A stretch of 64,000 nt of DNA from Macrostomum lignano (lineage: Eukaryota). Below are positions 37,124 to 48,879 of the stretch, one piece after another. The stretch spans positions 62,001 through 126,000 of the forward strand of contig NIVC01000399.1 of the NCBI GenBank assembly GCA_002269645.1, in the 5' to 3' direction. The position numbers were made by a program, and so were the translations under genes. Under the pieces are notes generated by a model, which was given only the letters and a program-made list of their open reading frames with translations, made no database searches and was not told the origin of the DNA. Positions within the stretch are counted from its first letter, which is position 1, and every line of letters begins with the position of its first letter.

Positions 37124-37513
37124 AGGCGAGCCAATCGAAGGCGCCCGCAGCACTCCTGAGCCGGCCCAGGCCATCTCTGAGTCCGTCACCGTCAGATGCT
37201 GCGCCTGCTCTGTGTACTGCATGTCGCCACCGCCACCGCCTCCACCCATGCCGTCAATGCCGTCGGTTCTTCGCTGCCGACCTCCTCGATGCTTTCCGCG
37301 CCCGCCGGCTCCGCTAGCGCCGCCTTCGTACACTCCGCAGCAGGGGCGATTCACGCAGGTGATGGCAACGATCAGGATGATGGCCAGGACTGCTGAGACA
37401 GCTGCCAGAATGATGATGATGATGACGTTTCGTCTGGTGTGAGCGGCGGCCAGCTCGGCTTCGTCCAGGAGGTTCACCGGAGGAGCTGAATCGTCGACGT
37501 CGATGTAGATTAC
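37124..37513 (-). CDS. Protocadherin transmembrane exon (VIYIDVDD...NVIIIIILAAVSAVLAIILIVAITCVNRPCC...)
   Basis: Acceptor ctcgcgcag, donor CCT|gtgagt; 390 nt, phase 0-0; clear TM helix. Confidence 0.9.
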
Positions 37514-37544
37514 CTGCGCGAGTTCGGTGAGCACAGTGGCGATG

Positions 37545-37900
37545 TAAGGTGTACAGAATGTACGATGAGCATAGGGTGTACAGGATGTACGATGAGCATA
37601 GGGTGTACAAGATTTACGATGAGCATATAGGATGTACAAGATGTGCGATGAGAATAGGGCGTACAGGATGTACGATGAGCATAGGGTGTACAAGATGTAC
37701 GATGAGCATAGGGCGTACAAGATGTACGATGAGCATAGGATGTACAAGATGTACGATGACCCATAGAGTGTACAAGATGTACAATGGGCATAGGGTGTAC
37801 AAGAAGTTGTACACAATCCTGTTATATTAGTCGATCGTGACGGATGTACAAGATCCTGTATTATAAGACCACAAGTGTACAAGATCAACCATGGGTGTAC
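37545..37900. repeat. ~27-bp minisatellite (gatgtacgatgagcatagggtgtacaa)
   Basis: Visible. Confidence 0.9.
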
Positions 37901-38924
37901 AAGATTCTGTATTATATCATTCCTCTTATTTCGGTAAGGCAAGGAAAGGTAATTAGTTGATTATAATTATTACAATCGAATTGTCTACACATGCTAAACC
38001 ATATGCATCAAAAGTAGCCCAGAGCAACACAGTGCTCAACACGCTAGCTAAGAGTCAGGAAGAAACTCACACAAATAGAGCGGCTGCTAATACTCGAGAG
38101 GGAACTCGATTCTCGCAAATGGATGGATGATGATAAATAGACACATAGATAGATATCAGACTCACAGAGGCGATGAGGGAGATTGAGAGTCTGACTGCTC
38201 AACCTACCTAATACTATCAACGCTTCAGCGAGATCAAAAAGGCTTCTAACCCCCCCCCCAAAACTCAATCAGCTAATTGCTGCTCCTAGGAAAAGTTACT
38301 ATAACCCATACTCTGCTTTTAATTTGATGGGCTGAATGCAAAGATACAGTGTTGTCACTCTTTTCACTTGTCACTTGCGATTCTCTTAGCTAAATAGTCC
38401 GTCTGTTAGTGCTCACGAGTCGATCGAAAATTGTATGCTTCGGCCGGATTGGAGCATAACCTCTCGTTGATAGAAGCAGCATATAAAAATATGAAGGCCT
38501 GTTATTGGCGCGATACAGACAGCCTGTTTTTGGTAAAAGAATAGTAAATGTATTTCGAATTCGCAGTGCCCCTAACGAGGCTCAACTCGGACTATCACAC
38601 AGCCTTTGTTCTCACACTGGCATCAAAAACGGAAATGAGAAGCTCAAATTTTAGAAGCAAAAAAGCTATGATTGGCGATGAAAGACTTTTTTAACCCTCC
38701 CAGTCCTTCTTATCGGATCGGTGGTTTTAATTAACTTGGCATCCGGTCAAGAACCCAGGGGATTTGCAAGATATGGCAATAATTATCAATTATGAATTAT
38801 AAGATTTTTATCAATGCCTCACGCAATAGTTTTGGCGTTGAAAATTCATGTCTTCTTTCCTCTAATTAAGTTGTCAAGAATTGTCTTCAGTAGGTTCAAC
38901 GAGTCCTATTTCCCTTCTGATGGA

Positions 38925-39995
38925 TTCCACAAGTCTGATGTCACTTCTGAAGGATTCCACAAGTCTGGAATCACTTCTGAAGGATTACACAAGCTTGATA
39001 TCACTTCTGAAGGATTCCACAAGTCTGATGTCACTTCTGAAGGATTTTCCAAACCTGATGTCACTTCTGAAGGATTCCACAAGCCTGATGTCACTTCTGA
39101 AGGATTCTCAAACCTGATGTCACTTCTGAAGGATTCCACAAGCCTGATGTCACTTCTGAAAGATTCTCCAAACCTGATGTCACTTCTGAAGGATTCCCCA
39201 AACCTGATGTCACTTCTGAAGGATTCCACAAGCCTGATGTCACTTCTGAAGGATTCCACAAGCTTGATATCACTTCTGAAGGATTCCACAAGTCTGATGC
39301 CACTTCTGAAAGATTCTACAAGCCTGATGTCACTTCTGAATGATTCCACAAGCCTGATGTCACTTCTGAAGGATTCCACAAGCCTGATGTCACTTCTGAA
39401 GGATTCTCCAAACCTGATGTCACTTCTGAAGGATTCCACAAGTCTGATGTCACTTCTGAATGATTCCACAAGCCTGATGTCACTTCTGAAGGATTCCACA
39501 AGCCTGATGTCACTTCTGAACGATTCCCCAAGCCTGATGTCACTTCTGAAGGATTCCACAAGCTTGATATCACTTCTGAAGGATTCCACAAGTCTGATGC
39601 CACTTCTGAAGGATTCCACAAGTCTGATGCCACTGCTGAAGGATTCCACAAGCCTGATGTCACTTCTGAAGGATTCCGCAAGTCTGATGTCACTTCTGAA
39701 GGATTCCGCAAGTCTGATGTCACTTCTGAAGGATTTCACAAGCCTGATGCCACTTCTGAAGGATTCCACAAGCCTGATGTCCCTTCTAAAGAATTCCACA
39801 AGCCTGATGTCACTTCTGAAGGCTTCCGCAAGTCTGGAATCACTTCTGAAGGATTCCACAAGTCTGATGTCACTTCTGAAGGATTCCACAAGCCTGATGT
39901 CACTTCTGAAGGATTTCACAAGTCTGATGTCACTTCTGAAGGATTCCACAAGCCTGATGTCACTTCTGAAGGATTTCACAAGTCTGATGTCACCT
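38925..39995. repeat. 30-bp minisatellite (cacttctgaaggattccacaagcctgatgt)
   Basis: Visible; 10-aa periodicity in ORFs. Confidence 0.96.
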
Positions 39996-40689
39996 CTTGA
40001 GCATCGCACCAACATTGACGTCACTTTTCGCCACAAATTTAAAGGCAACAAAAGCTTTATTTCATAATTCTTCTGAAAGCAGACTTTACTTCTAGGTAAA
40101 ATAAAGTTTTCGTTGCCTAGACTGACTGCTTCAGAACGTCGTTCGTTAAGGGGTTCGTTGCTGCATGCTCATTTCGCGCATTGTTTTCTCAGACAATACA
40201 CAGGCGCGCACTCGTGTGTCGTAGATGGACGTGCTCAAGAGGCTGAGTAGAAGTATTTGTTGCGCAACTGGCATTGCATAGTAGGAATGCTGGACACTCA
40301 TGGAAGGCAGATTATGGAATTCAAGAAGGATGAGGCAGGGAGGCAGGCAGCCAGAGGGGTGGTTGCTCGTCAAAGTTACGCAACCTAACGTAAAAAAATT
40401 CTCTCCTAAGTTTCCATTCAGGGGGTTCATGATCGGAGATTTATCTAAAAGCGAAGACCGCTTGACCGAAATATTTCTGTTCAATGATTTATGAATTGAC
40501 TAAAAGAGAAAGGAATGCTTTCGAGTGGTCAGTATCCTTTATACGAATAAGAGTTTGGAATTCTTGTGCTATTTGCATTTTTCTGTAGGAATTTGGTCCT
40601 CGAGAATGAAATCTGATCGGAAACTCGCGCCCTCGAAGATGGTTTATAAAGTGATCTGAATTGATCGGATCTGTCGCTGAGGGAACGGA

Positions 40690-43600
40690 AGTTTTTGTTT
40701 CATTGGAGTGGAAATGGCGGATGTGGCACTGAAGAAACGGAGGTTGTTGTTTCATTGGGGTGGAAATGGTGGATGTGTCAACTGAAGGAACGGAGGTTTC
40801 ATTGGGGGCGGAAATGGTGGATGTGTCAACTGAAGGAACGGAGGTTTCATTGGGGGCGGAAATGGTGGATCTGTCAACTGAAGGAACGGAGGTTTCATTG
40901 GGGGCGGAAATGGTGGATCTGTCAACTGAAGGAACGGAGGTTTCATTGGGGGCGGAAATGGTGGATCTGTCAACTGAAGGAACGGAGGTTTCATTGGGGG
41001 CGGAAATGGTGGATCTGTCAACTGAAGGAACGGAGGTTTCATTGGGGGCGGAAATGGTGGATCTGTCAACTGAAGGAACGGAGGTTTCATTGGGGGCGGA
41101 AATGGTGGATCTGTCAACTGAAGGAACGGAGGTTTCATTGGGGGCAGAAATGGTGGATCTGTCAACTGAAGGAACGGAGGTTTCATTGGGGGCAGAAATG
41201 GCGAAGCTGTCACTGAAGGAACGGGGGTTTTTGTTTCATTGGGGGCGGAAATGGTGGATGTGTCACTGAAGGAACGGGGGTTTTTGTTTCATTGGGGGCG
41301 GAAATGGTGGATCTGTCACTGAAGGAACGGAGGTTTCATTGGGGTCGGAAATGACGGATGTGTCACTGAAGGAACGGAGGTTTCATTGGGGTCGGAAATG
41401 ACGGATGTGTCACTGAAGGAACGGAGGTTTCATTGGGGGCAGAAATGGCGGATCTATCACTGAAGGAACGGGGGTTTTTGTTTCATTGGGGGCATAAATG
41501 GCGGATCTGTCACTGAAGGAACGGGGTCTTTGTTTCATTGGGGGCAGAAATGGTGGATGTGTCACTGAAGGAACGGAGGTTTCATTGGGGGCAGAAATGA
41601 CGGATGTGTCACTGAAGGAACGGAGGTTTCATTGAGGGCAGAAATGGCGGATCTGTCACTGAAGGAACGGGGGTTTCATTGGGGTCGGAAATGACGGATA
41701 TGTCAACTGAAGGAACGGAGGTTTCATTGGGGCAGAAATGACGGATGTGTCACTGAAGGAACGGAGGTTTCATTGGGGGCAGAAATGGCGGATCTATCAC
41801 TGAAGGAACGGGGGTTTTTGTTTCATTGGGGGCATAAATGGTGGATCTGTCACTGAAGGAACGGGGTCTTTGTTTCATTGGGGGCAGAAATGGTGGATCT
41901 GTCACTGAAGGAACGGAGGTTTCATTGGGGTCGGAAATGACGGATGTGTCACTGAAGGAACGGAGGTTTCATTGGGGGCAGAAATGGCGGATCTATCACT
42001 GAAGGAACGGGGGTTTTTGTTTCATTGGGGGCATAAATGGCGGATCTGTCACTGAAGGAACGGGGTCTTTGTTTCATTGGGGGCAGAAATGGTGGATGTG
42101 TCACTGAAGGAACGGAGGTTTCATTGGGGGCAGAAATGACGGATGTGTCACTGAAGGAACGGAGGTTTCATTGAGAGCAGAAATGGCGGATCTGTCACTG
42201 AAGGAACGGGGGTTTCATTGGGGTCGGAAATGACGGATATGTCAACTGAAGGAACGGAGGTTTCATTGGGGGCAGAAATGACGGATGTGTCACTGAAGGA
42301 ACGGAGGTTTCATTGGGGGCAGAAATGGCGGATCTATCACTGAAGGAACGAAGGTTTTTGTTTCATTGGGGGCATAAATGGTGGATCTGTCACTGAAGGA
42401 ACGGGGTCTTTGTTTCATTGGGGGCAGAAATGGTGGATGTGTCACTGAAGGAACGGAGGTTTCATTGGGGTCGGAAATGACGGATGTGTCACTGAAGGAA
42501 CGGAGGTTTCATTGGGGGCAGAAATGGCGGATATATCACTGAAGGAACGGGGGTTTTTGTTTCATTGGGGGCATAAATGGCGGATCTGTCACTGAAGGAA
42601 CGGGGTCTTTGTTTCATTGGGGGCAGAAATGGTGGATGTGTCACTGAAGGAACGGAGGTTTCATTGGGGTCGGAAATGACGGATGTGTCACTGAAGGAAC
42701 GGAGGTTTCATTGGGGGCAGAAATGGCGGATCTGTCACTGAAGGAACGGGGGTTTCATTGGGGTCGGAAATGACGGATATGTCAACTGAAGGAACGGAGG
42801 TTTCATTGGGGGCAGAAATGACGGATATGTCACTGAAGGAACGGAGGTTTCATTGGGGGCAGAAATGGCGGATGTGTCACTGAAGGAACGGAGGTTTCAT
42901 TGGGGGCAGAAATGGCGGATGTGTCACTGAAGGAACGGAGGTTTCATTGGGGGCAGAAATGACGGATATGTCAACTGAAGGAACGGAGGTTTCATTGGGG
43001 GCAGAAATGACGGATATGTCAACTGAAGGAACGGAGGTTTCATTGGGGGCAGAAATGACGGATCTGTCACTGAAGGAACGGGGTTTCATTGGGGTCGGAA
43101 ATGACGGATATGTCAACTGAAGGAACGGAGGTTTCATTGGGGGCAGAAATGACGGATGTGTCACTGAAGGAACGGAGGTTTCATTGGGGGCAGAAATGGC
43201 GGATCTATCACTGAAGGAACGGGGGTTTTTGTTTCATTGGGGGCATAAATGGCGGATCTGTCACTGAAGGAACGGGGTCTTTGTTTCATTGGGGGCGGAA
43301 ATGGTGGATGTGTCACTGAAGGAACGGGGTCTTTGTTTCATTGGGGGCGGAAATGGTGGATGTGTCACTGAGGGAACGGAGGTTTCATTAGGGTCGGAAA
43401 TGGCGGATGTGTCACTGAAGGAACGGAGGTTTCATTGGGGTCGGAAATGGCGGATCTGTCACTGAAGGAACGGAGGTTTCATTGGGGTCGGAAATGGCGG
43501 ATGTGTCACTGAAGGAACGGAGGTTTCATTGGGGGCAGAAATGGCGGATGTGTCACTGAAGGAACGGAGGTTTCATTGGGGGCAGAAATGGTGGATCTGT

Positions 43601-46600
43601 CACTGAAGGAACGGAGGTTTCATTGGGGGCAGAAATGGTGGATCTGTCACTGAAGGAACGGAGGTTTCATTGGGGTCGGAAATGGCGGATGTGTCACTGA
43701 AGGAACGGAGGTTTCATTGGGGGCAGAAATGGTGGATCTGTCACTGAAGGAACGGAGGTTTCATTGGGGTCGGAAATGACGGATGTGTCACTGAAGGAAC
43801 GGAGGTTTCATTGGGGGCAGAAATGGTGGATCTGTCACTGAAGGAACGGAGGTTTCATTGGGGTCGGAAATGGCGGATCTTTCACTGAAGGAACGGAGGT
43901 TTCATTGGGGTCGGAAATGACGGATGTGTCACTGAAGGAACGGAGGTTTCATTGGGGGCAGAAATGGCGGATGTGTCACTGAAGGAACGGAGGTTTCATT
44001 GGGGGCAGAAATGGCGGATGTGTCACTGAAGGAACGGAGGTTTCATTGGGGGCAGAAATGACGGATATGTCAACTGAAGGAACGGAGGTTTCATTGGGGG
44101 CAGAAATGACGGATATGTCAACTGAAGGAACGGAGGTTTCATTGGGGGCAGAAATGACGGATCTGTCACTGAAGGAACGGGGGTTTCATTGGGGTCGGAA
44201 ATGACGGATATGTCAACTGAAGGAACGGAGGTTTCATTGGGGGCAGAAATGACGGATGTGTCACTGAAGGAACGGAGGTTTCATTGGGGGCAGAAATGGC
44301 GGATCTATCACTGAAGGAACGGGGGTTTTTGTTTCATTGGGGGCATAAATGGCGGATCTGTCACTGAAGGAACGGGGTCTTTGTTTCATTGGGGGCGGAA
44401 ATGGTGGATGTGTCACTGAAGGAACGGGGTCTTTGTTTCATTGGGGGCGGAAATGGTGGATGTGTCACTGAAGGAACGGAGGTTTCATTGGGGTCGGAAA
44501 TGGCGGATGTGTCACTGAAGGAACGGAGGTTTCATTGGGGTCGGAAATGGCGGATCTGTCACTGAAGGAACGGAGGTTTCATTGGGGTCGGAAATGGCGG
44601 ATGTGTCACTGAAGGAACGGAGGTTTCATTGGGGGCAGAAATGGCGGATGTGTCACTGAAGGAACGGAGGTTTCATTGGGGGCAGAAATGGTGGATCTGT
44701 CACTGAAGGAACGGAGGTTTCATTGGGGGCAGAAATGGTGGATCTGTCACTGAAGGAACGGAGGTTTCATTGGGGTCGGAAATGACGGATGTGTCACTGA
44801 AGGAACGGAGGTTTCATTGGGGGCAGAAATGGTGGATCTGTCACTGAAGGAACGGAGGTTTCATTGGGGTCGGAAATGGCGGATGTGTCACTGAAGGAAC
44901 GGAGGTTTCATTGGGGGCAGAAATGGTGGATCTGTCACTGAAGGAACGGAGGTTTCATTGGGGTCGGAAATGGCGGATCTTTCACTGAAGGAACGGAGGT
45001 TTCATTGGGGGCAGAAATGGCGGATGTGTCACTGAAGGAACGGAGGTTTCATTGGGGGCAGAAATGGTGGATCTGTCACTGAAGGAACGGAGGTTTCATT
45101 GGGGGCAGAAATGGTGGATCTGTCACTGAAGGAACGGAGGTTTCATTGGGGTCGGAAATGGCGGATGTGTCACTGAAGGAACGGAGGTTTCATTGGGGGC
45201 AGAAATGGTGGATCTGTCACTGAAGGAACGGAGGTTTCATTGGGGTCGGAAATGGCGGATGTGTCACTGAAGGAACGGAGGTTTCATTGGGGGCAGAAAT
45301 AGTGGATCTGTCACTGAAGGAACGGGGGTTTCATTGGGGTCGGAAATGGCGGATCTTTCACTGAAGGAACGGAGGTTTCATTGGGGTCGGAAATGACGGA
45401 TGTGTCACTGAAGGAACGGAGGTTTCATTGGGGGCAGAAATGGCGGATGTGTCACTGAAGGAACGGAGGTTTCATTGGGGGCAGAAATGACGGATATGTC
45501 AACTGAAGGAACGGAGGTTTCATTGGGGGCAGAAATGACGGATATGTCAACTGAAGGAACGGAGGTTTCATTGGGGGCAGAAATGACGGATCTGTCACTG
45601 AAGGAACGGGGGTTTCATTGGGGTCGGAAATGACGGATATGTCAACTGAAGGAACGGAGGTTTCATTGGGGGCAGAAATGACGGATGTGTCACTGAAGGA
45701 ACGGAGGTTTCATTGGGGGCAGAAATGGCGGATCTATCACTGAAGGAACGGGGGTTTTTGTTTCATTGGGGGCATAAATGGCGGATCTGTCACTGAAGGA
45801 ACGGGGTCTTTGTTTCATTGGGGGCGGAAATGGTGGATGTGTCACTGAAGGAACGGGGTCTTTGTTTCATTGGGGCGGAAATGGTGGATGTGTCACTGAA
45901 GGAACGGAGGTTTCATTGGGGTCGGAAATGGCGGATGTGTCACTGAAGGAACGGAGGTTTCATTGGGGTCGGAAATGGCGGATCTGTCACTGAAGGAACG
46001 GAGGTTTCATTGGGGTCGGAAATGGCGGATGTGTCACTGAAGGAACGGAGGTTTCATTGGGGGCAGAAATGGCGGATGTGTCACTGAAGGAACGGAGGTT
46101 TCATTGGGGGCAGAAATGGTGGATCTGTCACTGAAGGAACGGAGGTTTCATTGGGGGCAGAAATGGTGGATCTGTCACTGAAGGAACGGAGGTTTCATTG
46201 GGGTCGGAAATGGCGGATGTGTCACTGAAGGAACGGAGGTTTCATTGGGGGCAGAAATGGTGGATGTGTCACTGAAGGAACGGAGGTTTCATTGGGGTCG
46301 GAAATGGCGGATGTGTCACTGAAGGAACGGAGGTTTCATTGGGGGCAGAAATGGTGGATCTGTCACTGAAGGAACGGAGGTTTCATTGGGGTCGGAAATG
46401 GCGGATCTTTCACTGAAGGAACGGAGGTTTCATTGGGGTCGGAAATGACGGATGTGTCACTGAAGGAACGGAGGTTTCATTGGGGGCAGAAATGGCGGAT
46501 GTGTCACTGAAGGAACGGAGGTTTCATTGGGGGCAGAAATGGTGGATCTGTCACTGAAGGAACGGAGGTTTCATTGGGGTCGGAAATGACGGATGTGTCA

Positions 46601-46705
46601 CTGAAGGAACGGAGGTTTCATTGGGGTCGGAAATGACGGATGTGTCACTGAAGGAACGGAGGTTTCATTGGGGGCAGAAATGGTGGATCTGTCACTGAAG
46701 GAACC
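40690..46705. repeat. 47-48-bp minisatellite, about 6 kb (ggaggtttcattgggggcagaaatggcggatgtgtcactgaaggaac)
   Basis: Visible; largest array in the window. Confidence 0.98.
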
Positions 46706-46728
46706 CTTCACAATGTCAAGCGACTCAC

Positions 46729-47234
46729 CTTGGCCTCTGACTTGGGATTGGTTGGGGCGCAGTCTCTGGCCTGAACCATGAGTTTGTAGCGGTTCAGGTC
46801 AGCCAAATCAAGCGGTTGGGCAACCCGAATCTCCCCAGTGCTGGCGTCGATACTGAACTTGTTCCTGGCCTGCTGCTGCGTGAGGCTGTACACGATCTGA
46901 CCGTTGAGACCGTCATCTCCGTCCTCAGCTCGAACTCGCATCACCAGCGAGCCCACCCGGTGAGTGTAGATGCTAATCTTCGTTGGCTGACTATTGTTGC
47001 CAGGTGAGACAATCACCGGTGCTTGATCGTTCACGTCTAGGATTCGAATCACAACTTCGCGATCCGTCTTAAGGGGCTGACTGCCACGGTCCTGAGCTCG
47101 AACCTGGATTGTGTAGGACGATACGGCCTCTCGGTCGAACTTGGCGTTGGTGCGAAGGGTGCCGTCTTCGTCGAGAGTGAACAGGTGCCTGTAGCGGCTG
47201 TTGAGCTGCAGGAATTGCACCTGGCCGGCGGCAC
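46729..47234 (-). CDS. Protocadherin exon (GAAGQVQF...FDRE...DVNDQAP...membrane-proximal repeat)
   Basis: Acceptor ccactcag, donor AAG|gtgagt; phases 1-0; covers ORF 46708-47220. Confidence 0.93.
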
Positions 47235-47279
47235 CTGAGTGGCGAAGTTGGAGACCAAGGATTTTAGATGCGTCACTAG

Positions 47280-48750
47280 CAATCTACGCCCCCCGTTGGG
47301 GAGCCAAAGAAATGCAATACACGTATTTTTAACAAGCTACATGTAGCCTTGAAATTTTAAAAAATCTCCTGTCAAAATTCTAACCCTAACCAAAACCCTA
47401 AATTCAATATTTTGTCCATGAGTTTTTGCATGATCGATGCTTCTATGATTTTTGGCATGACGCTTCCATTGTTTTTGCATGACGCTTCCATTATTTTTGC
47501 ATGATGCTCCCATGATAAACATTTTTAATAAGCTAAATGAGCCAAGTTATAAGCTACCCTAACCCTAACCCTAACCCGAATCTTAACGCAATAACCCTGA
47601 ACCTAACCCTAAACCTAAACCCTAATACCAACCCTAACACTAACCCTACAGCCTGACATCTGCATAAGTTTGTGAAGAGCTAGTAGTATTTTTTAGCTTA
47701 GTATCTTAGCGTTAGGGAGCCAAAAATACAATACAAGTTTTGTAATAAACTACATGTAGCATCTCTTTGCAATATACCTCAGAAGTCACTTGTAAGCCTT
47801 GAAATGTCAGTAATTCCCCCCACAAGCTTTAACAAATCAACTCCCCCTTGACATCTCAGCGATGCCCCAAATAAGCCTTGAAGTCTAAAAAATCTGTCAA
47901 CCTTCTAACCCTAACCCTAGCCTAACCCTAACCCTAACCCTAACCCTAACCTAACCCTAAAGCATTGAAATTTCAGTAATTCTGAGTCATTATAGCACTA
48001 CTACAGCGTTATAGCGATTCCCTGCAAGCCTCGACATCGTAGGGATTCCCAAATGAATCTCTTCGCTTCGACATGAAGCTTCTTTTATTTTTTACATTAT
48101 GCTTTTTCTATCAGTGAGCCCTGAGGAGCCAACAAAAAATGTAATAAAAAGTTTTCATTAAACTACATGTAGCTTCTGACTTTAGTCTTGAAATCTCATT
48201 TATACCCCCGTGAGCCTTGACATCTCAGCTATTCCCCCCGTAAGCCTTGACATGTCAGCGATGCCCCCCATAAATCTTGAAATCTAAAAAAATCCCCTGT
48301 TAACCTTGAAACCCGATAAAAAAACCCTCAACCCACACCTGACCTAAACCTAACTTTAACCCAACCTAAAGCCTTGAAATCTCAGCAATTCTTCTCCCCT
48401 AAGCCTTGGCATTTTAGTGTTTCCTTCTTTAAGAATCACCAGCACTATAACGATTTCCACCAAGCTTTGACATTGTAGCAATTCCCAAATGAATCTTTTA
48501 ACTTCGACATGACTTTTCTTATATGTATACATAGTGCTACTTTTATTTTTTACATGACTCTGCTTCTATCAGCGCCCCCCCTGTGGCGAGCCAACAATGA
48601 ATGTAATAAAAATTGAGTAAAGTACATGAACTTTGAAGTAGCTTCTGACTTTTGCTTTGACATCTCAGAAACCCCCCCCCCACCTGTAATCTCAGTTATT
48701 CTCTGTGAGCCTTGACGTCTCAGTAATTCTCCCCAGCACAGCACTGTACT
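47280..48750. repeat. About four diverged ~430-bp units containing (CCCTAA)-like telomeric tracts
   Basis: gagccaa...ctacatgtagc head recurs near 47300, 47718, 48125, 48587; ctaaccctaacc tracts near 47380, 47560, 47905-47960, 48345. Confidence 0.75.
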
Positions 48751-48879
48751 ATAGCTTCATTTAATTTTTATATGACACCTTTCATGTCTGACATGGCGCT
48801 TCTTTTGATTTTTACATGACGCTTCTTTTATTCTTCCATTATTCTTCTTAATTTTTTAAATGACACTTTCATTAGTTTT

